Positions 1 through 7,399 are shown, counted from the stretch's first letter. The stretch is 15,427 nt of DNA from Candidatus Heimdallarchaeota archaeon (GCA_030614005.1 JAUWKS010000070.1:1-15427); one strand, 5' to 3'. The notes: a model not told the origin generated them from the sequence alone. Numbers and translations are program-made.

Positions 1-14
1 ACCGTTCCTTTTTT

Positions 15-309
15 TATGGACAAATGGGACACTGAGTCTTTTATCCATTCCCAGTCACCGCGACCAATTTGTTGGTGCAGTTCATCTCTGAGCCCCCACT
101 AGGAACAGTTGAGTGGGGGATTCCCGAGTCGGTATACGGCACGGGGCTGGAGCCTCGAAGGCTGTTGACTTTTTGGTAGGCAGTAAAGAACTATGCTGCT
201 TCCCTGTTTAAAGTCCTTTTCTCTGGAGATTGCTGAAAGTATTCCTCGTGCTACACAAAATTACTTGATCTTCAAGCGTTTATTCTTCTCCATGTCCTAT
301 TTGTCCATA
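15..309. ncRNA. Unidentified structured element (ncRNA candidate or MITE) bounded by a 17-bp inverted repeat
   Basis: TATGGACAAATGGGACA (15-31) is complementary to TGTCCTATTTGTCCATA (293-309), with one G-T pair. The GC-rich interior has several hairpins (63-76, 93-119, 123-145, 151-163, 178-201). No credible ORF and no recognisable family motif. Confidence 0.5.
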
Positions 310-404
310 TTTCATGGCAGCAGTTGAAGCCCTAAACATTGAAATAAGAACCGATAGATTAAAATGAAGGGAAGGGAAGGAAAAAAATAGCAAAAAATAA
401 TGAG

Positions 405-770
405 TTGTACAATATGATCCCGAAAGCGATGTTAAAGAAACTGTATGTTCAGGGCAGCTTAACTCAAAAAGGAGAAGAATATTCCTTTCAATTACTGAAC
501 AATTTGTACCCCGGCACTGTTAAAGAAGTTGAATATCTTAAAATCGATGGTCAAGAATTGGATTTGAATACGATTACCATTTTTGTTAAAGAACATGAGA
601 TAGCTGTAGCAAATATTTCTAAGGAGAATCCCTTCAAATTGACAAAAGGGGATACTTTTACGTTTAAAGTAAAGGGTTCATTATCTGTAGGAACACATAC
701 GTTAAGTTTTAGTTTTAAAACAATTGAAGCTGGAAAAATGGCTTTTGATGTAGAAGATAAGCTAGAATAA
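405..770 (+). CDS. Small hypothetical protein, probably beta-rich; likely start ATG at 414
   Basis: 121-aa ORF with alternating hydrophobic beta-strand patterns, followed by T-tracts at 778-798. Function unknown. Confidence 0.75.
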   Translation: MYNMIPKAMLKKLYVQGSLTQKGEEYSFQLLNNLYPGTVKEVEYLKIDGQELDLNTITIFVKEHEIAVANISKENPFKLTKGDTFTFKVKGSLSVGTHTLSFSFKTIEAGKMAFDVEDKLE

Positions 771-826
771 GCTAATCTTTTATTTTTTAATTTTTTTTCT
801 AAAATGTATTGGTTTTGAGATAATTG

Positions 827-839
827 AAATAAGAAAATA
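827..839 (-). terminator. Putative T-rich terminator of the 5S precursor
   Basis: TATTTTCTTATTT immediately follows the 3' arm of the processing stem. Confidence 0.45.
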
Positions 840-841
840 GT

Positions 842-998
842 CGCCAAAACTCACCATTTCCGGGATCGGACGGGTCCGGGTGTTGCCCTCCAGCTTTGAC
901 CGCGTCGCAACGCAGCTTTACGATTTTCCCGAACGATCGCTCAGATCAGTAATCATCATAACGTATAGAGGCTTAACTTCCAGTGATGAGTTTTTGCG
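842..998 (-). other. Precursor processing stem with a bulge-helix-bulge-like motif flanking the permuted 5S
   Basis: CGCAAAAACTCATCA (998-984) pairs with TGGTGAGTTTTGGCG (856-842), with one mismatch and one G-U. Central helix CTGG (983-980)/CCGG (863-860). Three-nt bulges AAG (979-977) and AAA (859-857). Confidence 0.85.
858..977 (-). rRNA. rrf: 5S rRNA, circularly permuted gene (3' half 977-907 precedes 5' half 906-858)
   Basis: Minus strand reads GTTAAGCCTCTATACGTTATGATGATTACTGATCTGAGCGATCGTTCGGGAAAATCGTAAAGCTGCGTTGC then GACGCGGTCAAAGCTGGAGGGCAACACCCGGACCCGTCCGATCCCGGAA. Swapping the halves gives a 120-nt 5S in which helices I-V can all be drawn by hand. Confidence 0.93.
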
Positions 999-1022
999 TG
1001 ATTCAATCGTTTTATCTTTTGC

Positions 1023-1030
1023 TTTTTAAA
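1023..1030 (-). promoter_or_regulatory. Putative TATA box (TTTAAAAA) of the 5S precursor
   Basis: Lies about 25 nt upstream of the start of the processing stem (998), with a purine-rich BRE-like sequence upstream. Confidence 0.55.
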
Positions 1031-1056
1031 GTTTGCCATCTTTCTTTTTGTTTTCC

Positions 1057-1208
1057 TCTCAACGTTCTTTTCTTCTTTTTTCGAGTCTTCTCCTGCCGTT
1101 GCTCACTTGTGAATGTTTGTTTTTCGACCGTTTTTCTTGTTTTCTTCTTAAGTTCTCAACGCTTTCTTTTTGTGTGTTGCGCACTCTTCCCTGCGTCGTT
1201 GCTCACTT
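1057..1208. repeat. Two imperfect direct repeats (1057-1108, 1154-1208)
   Basis: Both copies read TCTCAACG...CTGC(C/GT)CGTTGCTCACTT-like, spaced about 100 bp apart in a pyrimidine-rich intergenic region. Confidence 0.65.
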
Positions 1209-1285
1209 CTTTGGTCTTTTTATAGTTTCTTTCGACTTTTCATTGGAGCTTCTTTTCATGGTTTCCCCCAATTCCTCTTCTTCAT

Positions 1286-2926
1286 CTACTTCCGTTTCTT
1301 AGAGAAAATGAGTATGATGACAAGTATGAATGCGATGAGTGGCATGACAGCTATGAATACTAAGAAACCATCAACAGTATGGGAAGGTGTAGCAGGTAGG
1401 GGGGTAGTAGGGGAAGGTATATCGGGTAGGGGGGTATCAACAAATTTCACAATAAACATGTCACTATAATCACTGGTTGTATTATCATAAGCATTTAAGG
1501 TTGGAAATTCAGTTGACCAAGTATTACCTATGACAAAACAACTGCCATTCTCAGCAGCATCAATTCCATATCCCATATCAGTTGAATTCCCACCAAGGTA
1601 GGTGCTCCAGAAGAGTGATCCAGTAGAGGAAAATTTCATAACAAAAGTATCATAGCCATGTGCTTTGGAATCATCATATGCATTGAGAGTGGGGAAATTC
1701 TCGGAACCAGTATACCCTACGACATAGCAGCTCCCGTCACTTGTGACTGCAACATCATAGCCACGTTCGCCACTACTTCCGCCAAGGAAAGAGCTCCAGA
1801 GAAACGAACCATTAGAATCAAACTTGGCAAGAAATGCATCACCCCCCCTCCCATAGGTGTTGTTATACCCATGTTGTGTCGGAAAATCAGGTGAATCAGT
1901 ATAACCTGTGACATAACAGCTGCCATCACTTGCAGTAGTAATGCCCAACGCTTCATCCCAATAAATCCCACCAAAGTAGGTACTCCAGAGTAAGGAACCA
2001 TTCTTGTTAAACTTCGAAAGATAGACATCCCAGTCACCATTCTGGGTAGTATCATAAGCGTTCTGTGTCGGAAAATCAGGTGATGAAGTAAAACCTGTAA
2101 TATAGCAGCTTCCATCACTGGTCACAGTAATCCCATATCCCCCATCAATTCTGTTCCCACCAAAGTAAGAACTCCACAGAAGGGTACCATTCGAAGCAAA
2201 TTTAGTAAGAAAGATGTCTTTACTACCACCATTATACGTACTCTCATAGGCATTGAGAGTGGGAAAATCAATGGATGTGGTCTCTCCTGTTACATAACAG
2301 CTTCCATCAGGCGCAACAGCTATACTATGCCCAATATCCAAGTCACCCCCACCACCAAGGTAGGTACTCCAGAGTAATGAGCCATTTGCTGCGAACTTGG
2401 CAACAAACGCATCAGTTAAACCTCCGTTAAATGTATTATCAAAGGCATTTTTGGTTGGAAAATCGCTGGATGTGGTCTCTCCTGTTACATAACAGCTCCC
2501 ATCACTCGCAACAGCTATATCCCGAGCAATATCAACCATACCTCCCCCTCCAAAGTAAGTACTCCAAAGCAGTGAATTATTACTTGCAAATTTTGTTACA
2601 ACTGCATCATTGCCACCATTCAAAGTATTATCATATGCGTTTTGTGTCGGAAAATCACTGGATTTAGTTTGCCCTGTGACGTAATAACTTCCATCGTCAG
2701 TCATAGCAATACCTTGTCCATTATCCCCTCCATCGTCACCACCAAGGAAGGTGCTATAATTCAGCTTAGGATAAATAGCTGGTAAAGTTTCAGAACGAGT
2801 TACTGTGTGAATAGGATCAAAAGGAAATTTTTGTTGAGGTATTAAAAAAAGTAGTATACTAATAAGAAGAACAATGCCCAAACGATTAAGAACCAACCGA
2901 AAAGATTTTACCATACAAATCCCCAA
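1286..2926 (-). CDS. Membrane-anchored SBBP-repeat (seven-bladed beta-propeller) surface protein; likely start ATG at 2914
   Basis: Seven ~63-aa repeats of W-S-T-Y-[FL]-G-G...DGSCYVTG.T.S.DFPT..AY, an N-terminal hydrophobic signal, a Pro/Thr linker, a C-terminal TM helix and a KKRK tail. Confidence 0.92.
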   Translation of the reverse strand: MGICMVKSFRLVLNRLGIVLLISILLFLIPQQKFPFDPIHTVTRSETLPAIYPKLNYSTFLGGDDGGDNGQGIAMTDDGSYYVTGQTKSSDFPTQNAYDNTLNGGNDAVVTKFASNNSLLWSTYFGGGGMVDIARDIAVASDGSCYVTGETTSSDFPTKNAFDNTFNGGLTDAFVAKFAANGSLLWSTYLGGGGDLDIGHSIAVAPDGSCYVTGETTSIDFPTLNAYESTYNGGSKDIFLTKFASNGTLLWSSYFGGNRIDGGYGITVTSDGSCYITGFTSSPDFPTQNAYDTTQNGDWDVYLSKFNKNGSLLWSTYFGGIYWDEALGITTASDGSCYVTGYTDSPDFPTQHGYNNTYGRGGDAFLAKFDSNGSFLWSSFLGGSSGERGYDVAVTSDGSCYVVGYTGSENFPTLNAYDDSKAHGYDTFVMKFSSTGSLFWSTYLGGNSTDMGYGIDAAENGSCFVIGNTWSTEFPTLNAYDNTTSDYSDMFIVKFVDTPLPDIPSPTTPLPATPSHTVDGFLVFIAVMPLIAFILVIILIFSKKRK

Positions 2927-2930
2927 TTAA

Positions 2931-3353
2931 ATATTAACTCAAACATCTATAAAATTTGCTACCAGTGAAAGAAAAAACGGTGATAAGAAGAATTTCAAGA
3001 GCTTACATAGAGCAATACAAAACACTGGTGTAGTTAATCGTTTTAGCGGATTCTTAACCTACAAAGCACAAAAGAAAGGTAAGAAAGTAATAAGAATCAG
3101 TGAAAAAAATACTACGAAACAATGCAGTTATTGTGGTAAGAAAAAACAAAGATATTTGAGTGAACGCATTATTCACTGTGATGAGTGCGGAATAGTAATT
3201 GACCGAGATATCAATGCTGCAATTAATATCATGCAGAGATTCTTAGCAATTCTTTCGCTATCACAAAAACGCCCTTTGGTCGGGCAACAACTTTGCGATT
3301 TTCGTAAAGTTGTTTTTTGCGATAAACAGCTCTGGAATATGCCTACCAGCTAA
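2931..3353 (+). pseudogene. tnpB: 5'-truncated IS200/IS605-family TnpB remnant
   Basis: Open frame from 2931 without ATG encodes ...LHRAIQNTGVVNRFSGFLTYKAQKKGKKVIRISEKNTTKQCSYCG...HCDECGIVIDRDINAAINI, i.e. a Zn finger plus RuvC-III motif. The N-terminal part is absent. Confidence 0.85.
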
Positions 3354-3509
3354 CGTCCAGTAGATTCGCAAGAAATCATTTATTGATAGACCAAAGTTTG
3401 CCGTTTTTACGGAATACAAACAATTGAGGTCAGTTATCTAAAAACTGCTATTTTTAGATTATTTGTGAGTAAAAATAACTTACATAAAAAAATAACGGAA
3501 GGTCTAGGA

Positions 3510-3752
3510 TTAGCCTAGACGTTTTATAAAATATCTTGCAAAGTCTTCTTCCTCAAAGATTCCAAGAAATTCGTTACCTGTTCTTCTTGCCCATCTTGGG
3601 AAATCTTCTTTTGACCCTTCGTCATCTGAAAGTACTTCTAAAATTTGACCCACTTCTAATGTGGTTATTTCCTTTTTCGCTTTCAAAATTGGCATTGGGC
3701 ATTGTAAGCCACGAGCATCAAAGGTCTTATTTGCGGTTGGTTTTTCAGACAT
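3510..3752 (-). CDS. tusA: TusA/SirA-family sulfur carrier protein
   Basis: DARGLQCPMPILKAKKEI motif with the CPxP cysteine; 80 aa. Confidence 0.93.
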   Translation of the reverse strand: MSEKPTANKTFDARGLQCPMPILKAKKEITTLEVGQILEVLSDDEGSKEDFPRWARRTGNEFLGIFEEEDFARYFIKRLG

Positions 3753-3762
3753 TTTTTACACC

Positions 3763-4191
3763 TTAAACAAATAATTGTATATCAGCATCAACTGCTATAT
3801 CTAAAAATCCTGCTGCACCCATAAATCCATCTACTTCTGGGATTAGGTGTTCTTTTTTTACCATCATTAAATCCATAGTAGCGGTACAAGCATAAATTGT
3901 AAGGTTACCAGAATCTTTTGCTGCTTCTAGCAATTCTTGCATTGATGCGATTCCTACTTTCCTTATTCGCCACCGCATCATTCCAGTGCCTAAGCGCATA
4001 ATTCCTGGCAATTTCGCTCTTTTCAAACCTTTTTTCCTTAAGAGAAGAAGGCCCCAGAATGTGAAGAACAAATCGATTTTCATATCAGATGCTCCTGCAG
4101 CTGCAGCAAGCATTAATGGTGGGTAAGCTTTGTCTAGAGTACCTGAATGTACGACAATAGCCATTTTTTTAACATCAACCATTTTTATCAT
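3763..4191 (-). CDS. DsrE2/DsrE-F-like family protein
   Basis: Motifs IVVHSGTLDKAYPPLMLA, LFFTFWGL, YACTATM and GAAGFL; directly upstream of tusA. Confidence 0.88.
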   Translation of the reverse strand: MIKMVDVKKMAIVVHSGTLDKAYPPLMLAAAAGASDMKIDLFFTFWGLLLLRKKGLKRAKLPGIMRLGTGMMRWRIRKVGIASMQELLEAAKDSGNLTIYACTATMDLMMVKKEHLIPEVDGFMGAAGFLDIAVDADIQLFV

Positions 4192-4357
4192 TCCAAAAAA
4201 TAGTCGTTTTAACCTATTTCTTAGTTCTATTAGTTTTAAATAAAGGTGAGGATTTATTTTCTTAAGTAAAAAGCAACTACTAAAGGTTTATTTTCTAAAC
4301 CGTTACTCCTTAAACGATTAGTTCTATTTCTAGAATCAGAACAATTGGTGATATAGA

Positions 4358-4723
4358 TTGGGTAAAATAGCATTTCTTGTAATGACTTCACCGTACAGCT
4401 TTCAAAATTCTGACACTGTCATTCATTTTGCAAAGGCAGCAATAAAAGCTGGACATGAAGTTACAGGCATTTATCTTTACACAGATGGGGTGTATAATGT
4501 TGTAAAAGACATTGAACCATCTGATGATAGAGATCGAAATATTCCTGCATTGTTTAAGGAGCTTATTGATGCCGGAATACCTGTTGTTGCTTGTCCGATT
4601 TGTGCTGAATATCGTGGTACAATGGGCAAGGAAAAGATTATCGAAGGAAGTAGTTTTGATGGTCTTGGTGCTCTTAGCGAGTACGTTGAAGATTCCGATC
4701 GGATTCTTATTTTTACTGCATAA
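4358..4723 (+). CDS. DsrE/TusD-like sulfur relay subunit
   Basis: Motifs IYLYTDGVY and ACPICAEYRG; first of three ~110-120-aa consecutive genes. Confidence 0.85.
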   Translation: MGKIAFLVMTSPYSFQNSDTVIHFAKAAIKAGHEVTGIYLYTDGVYNVVKDIEPSDDRDRNIPALFKELIDAGIPVVACPICAEYRGTMGKEKIIEGSSFDGLGALSEYVEDSDRILIFTA

Positions 4724-4736
4724 AAGGTGAGATGGT

Positions 4737-5096
4737 ATGGAACGTGTTATTGTTCTCTTTCGTAAAGGCCCTTACGGTCAAATAAACAGTTTAGAAGGCA
4801 TCCGCGTTGGGCAAGGGTTACTTGTTTTAGATGTGGAAAACGATGCTGTTTTTATTGATGATGGTGTTTTCAATCTCATTAAAGATCAAAATCCCGATGG
4901 AATTGGTCATCATTCAGTTATGGGTGCTCTTGAAGCTCTACATAGGTACGAAGTACCCATCTTTGCACTTGATCAATCACTCGAGCAAAGAGGTATCAAA
5001 GCAGAAGACCTTGATCCCAAACTTGAAGTGAAAATAATTTCACTTGCTGAGCTTAGCGAACTGCTCATAGTAGCAGATGCTACAATTGCTCTTTAG
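4737..5096 (+). CDS. DsrF/TusC-like subunit
   Basis: Motifs KGPYG, VFIDDGVFNL and SLEQRGI. Confidence 0.85.
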   Translation: MERVIVLFRKGPYGQINSLEGIRVGQGLLVLDVENDAVFIDDGVFNLIKDQNPDGIGHHSVMGALEALHRYEVPIFALDQSLEQRGIKAEDLDPKLEVKIISLAELSELLIVADATIAL

Positions 5097-5108
5097 GAGG
5101 TAATTAAA

Positions 5109-5438
5109 ATGGTGAAAGTATTGTACATAACCTCAAAAAGTATCTACACTTGTGCTGCACAAGGAACCCTACTTGATATTACAAAAAGTCAAATGGATAA
5201 TGGTCATGATGTTGGTGTTCTCTTAATACAAGATAGCACTTTAGCTGCATGGAAAGGTGGAAAGAACATCATAGCTGAAGCTGCTGCTCACGGTGTTGAA
5301 GTATATGCAATAAAAGAAGATTTGGAAGCTCGTGGGATTACTGGAGACAAAGTTCATCCAGGCATAAAGCAAGTGGATTATGATGAATCCATTTCCATTA
5401 TAATGGATAAATATGAGAAAGTTATCACTTGGTGTTAA
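5109..5438 (+). CDS. DsrH/TusB-like subunit
   Basis: Motifs LLIQDS, YAIKEDLEARGI and C-terminal ITW. Confidence 0.87.
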   Translation: MVKVLYITSKSIYTCAAQGTLLDITKSQMDNGHDVGVLLIQDSTLAAWKGGKNIIAEAAAHGVEVYAIKEDLEARGITGDKVHPGIKQVDYDESISIIMDKYEKVITWC

Positions 5439-5463
5439 ACTCTCATTTAATATTATAAAACTT

Positions 5464-5513
5464 GGCTGACCAATGACAGATAGATTCTTTGGTACAGTCT
5501 CTTATTTTTTTTT
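5464..5513 (+). terminator. Hairpin plus T9 tract after the dsrEFH-like operon
   Basis: GGCTG-ACCA...TGGT-A-CAGTC stem (5464-5499) followed by T at 5505-5513. Confidence 0.4.
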
Positions 5514-5584
5514 CATTATCAATGATTTAATTTAAAAGGACAAACTACTATCATTTCGTTTGAAGAATAAAGGATAGTTGTACT

Positions 5585-6421
5585 ATGGCAAATAAAGATG
5601 AAAAACCAAAACTTTCCGGTCTAGCTATTGACCCAAAGAAAGCTAAAGTAAATGCTACCTTGAAAGATATTAAACATGTTTTAATCGTAGCAAGTGGAAA
5701 AGGTGGAGTGGGTAAAACAACAGTGGCAGTAAATCTAGCAACTTCGTTATCTCAAAAAGGACATAAAGTCGGCATTCTCGATGCAGATATTACAGGTCCA
5801 AATGTTCCTAAAATGGTTGGATTGGAAGGGCAACGACCAGACTATAATGAAGAATTGAAAAAAATCATTCCTGTTGAATCAGCTCAAGGAGTCAAAGTAA
5901 TTTCTATGGAGTTTCTTTTAGAAGACAATACAGATGCTATCATTTGGCGTGGTCCTCTAAAAATGGGAGCAATCAATCAGTTTCTTGGAGATGTCAAGTG
6001 GGGTGAATTAGATTATCTAATCATTGATCTTCCACCCGGAACCAGCGATGAACCATTAAGTATCGCACAAATGATACCAGAAGCAGATGGAGTTGTAATT
6101 GTCACTACACCTCAAGAAGTAGCTTTGTTGGATGTTAGAAAATCAATTAATTTTGTAAAGAAAGTAGGATTGAAAGTTATTGGTATTATTGAGAATATGA
6201 GCGGTTTCAAGTGCCCTCATTGCAGTGAAGTCATTAACATATTCGGTATTGATGGTGGAAAAAATGCTGCCAAGGAACTTAATATTCCATTCTTAGGTGC
6301 TATTCCTCTTAATCCAGAGATAGTTCCACTTGCTGATGCAGGTAAACCAATTGTTTCTGTTGAAGCTGAAACAAAAGAAGCTTTTCAAAATATCGTTGAA
6401 AATATCTTGAAAGAAATTTAA
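5585..6421 (+). CDS. mrp: Mrp/NBP35 (ApbC) Fe-S cluster carrier ATPase
   Basis: Deviant Walker [24 protein letters not shown] and ENMS..FKCPHC. Confidence 0.95.
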   Translation: MANKDEKPKLSGLAIDPKKAKVNATLKDIKHVLIVASGKGGVGKTTVAVNLATSLSQKGHKVGILDADITGPNVPKMVGLEGQRPDYNEELKKIIPVESAQGVKVISMEFLLEDNTDAIIWRGPLKMGAINQFLGDVKWGELDYLIIDLPPGTSDEPLSIAQMIPEADGVVIVTTPQEVALLDVRKSINFVKKVGLKVIGIIENMSGFKCPHCSEVINIFGIDGGKNAAKELNIPFLGAIPLNPEIVPLADAGKPIVSVEAETKEAFQNIVENILKEI

Positions 6422-6463
6422 AAATTATTAAGGTGGGATATTTCTCCCACATTTTTTATTTAT

Positions 6464-7261
6464 CTATATCATAAACGATTTTGCGTCTTTCTTACCAATG
6501 CCAGATTTACGCATATCATCTATCACTTTCAACGCATTAGCTTCTGTTTGTTCAATTTCTTTGATCATTTTATCCATTTTTGAAAGATCTAATTCAATTC
6601 CAGTCATTTTCATAACAGCTTTCAACACATTTTTTGCTGCAATTGGATCCACTCCAAAAGCCATAGAATTACTATCACTTAGATTTACTTTACCCATTAA
6701 TCCGAATGATTTCATACCTCGCTCTGCAGCAAGAGCTGTTAGAACACCAACTGCTCCACTTACTCTTCCTTCAGTGAATAATTTAATACCCCAATCCTTA
6801 ACACTCTGAGCATCGTCTTCAGTAAAAGCAAAAGCTGTTGTGTCTGGAGTCGTTTTTATATCAGCAGGTCTAAAACCACCAATGGCTATTACAGTTTCAA
6901 TCCCCCATTTTTGAGCTAAATCCAAAGTGGCATTTATTACCCTAAACATCCCATCTGGACCTTCTTGCGGTTGGCTTTCTCCTGTTAGTACAAGAATTGG
7001 TGGATTCGTAGATTCTATTGCATACAGTTCAGCATGAATTAATTTTCCCAAATCTCCTTGGAAGATTACTAGATGCGGGAAATAGCTTGAAAATATTTTT
7101 GCCGATTCTTTTGCTTTGAAGTAATCAATAAGATGCATCCCAGCCATACGGCCTACTAGTCCTTGCCCGGGGAAACACTGAATTAATACTCCACCTTTCA
7201 ATTTATGTTCCTTAATTATTTTAACAAATGTATCTGGGTATTTTGAAGTCATTTTACACAC
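6464..7261 (-). CDS. PAC2-family proteasome assembly chaperone; likely start ATG at 7252
   Basis: Motifs FPGQGLVG, LVLTGESQP, IAIGG and GVDPIAAK; downstream of rpl44e. Confidence 0.85.
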   Translation of the reverse strand: MCKMTSKYPDTFVKIIKEHKLKGGVLIQCFPGQGLVGRMAGMHLIDYFKAKESAKIFSSYFPHLVIFQGDLGKLIHAELYAIESTNPPILVLTGESQPQEGPDGMFRVINATLDLAQKWGIETVIAIGGFRPADIKTTPDTTAFAFTEDDAQSVKDWGIKLFTEGRVSGAVGVLTALAAERGMKSFGLMGKVNLSDSNSMAFGVDPIAAKNVLKAVMKMTGIELDLSKMDKMIKEIEQTEANALKVIDDMRKSGIGKKDAKSFMI

Positions 7262-7399
7262 AACTCTATCAGTATATAGTATTCTAATGTATTACCTAAA
7301 TAAAATGACTAAGTTTTCTTTGTTAAGAAAGGATAAATAATAGAGAAAAGAAGAAAGAATTTGGGAAGAATAGTATATACATCCCAACAATTGCAGCAA

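Noticed and set aside
15-309. Assignment as RNase P RNA, SRP RNA, a glycine/FMN/TPP/cobalamin riboswitch, group I intron or hammerhead
   Set aside because: Only short partial resemblances (e.g. GGAAGCAGC, GAGGAA, CTCTGGAGA). Diagnostic cores such as GAGGAAAGUCC, the SRP helix 8 GNRA loop and CUGANGA are absent.
366-380. GAAGG microrepeat (three copies)
   Set aside because: Too short to distinguish from simple-sequence slippage.
946-990. Box C/D sRNA-like words TGATGA and CTGA
   Set aside because: They fall inside the 5S helix V/loop E and the processing stem, which explain them fully.
551-1469. Track ORFs 551-847, 983-1225, 1033-1302 and 1170-1469
   Set aside because: Antisense shadows or low-complexity Phe/Ser/Leu translations of pyrimidine-rich DNA, overlapping better-supported features.
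1286-2926. DNA-level repeats resembling a tandem array or CRISPR
   Set aside because: They are the ~190-bp coding repeats of the SBBP blades. No CRISPR repeat-spacer array was seen anywhere in the window.
4221-4328. TTAGTTCTATT repeated at 4221 and 4318 in the divergent promoter region
   Set aside because: An AT-rich 11-mer; without orthologous promoters it cannot be distinguished from chance.
5464-5499. SECIS or K-turn candidate (contains ATGA) after the dsrH-like gene
   Set aside because: No opposing GA for a K-turn or SECIS core, and none of the neighbouring sulfur-relay genes has an in-frame TGA; all end in TAA or TAG.
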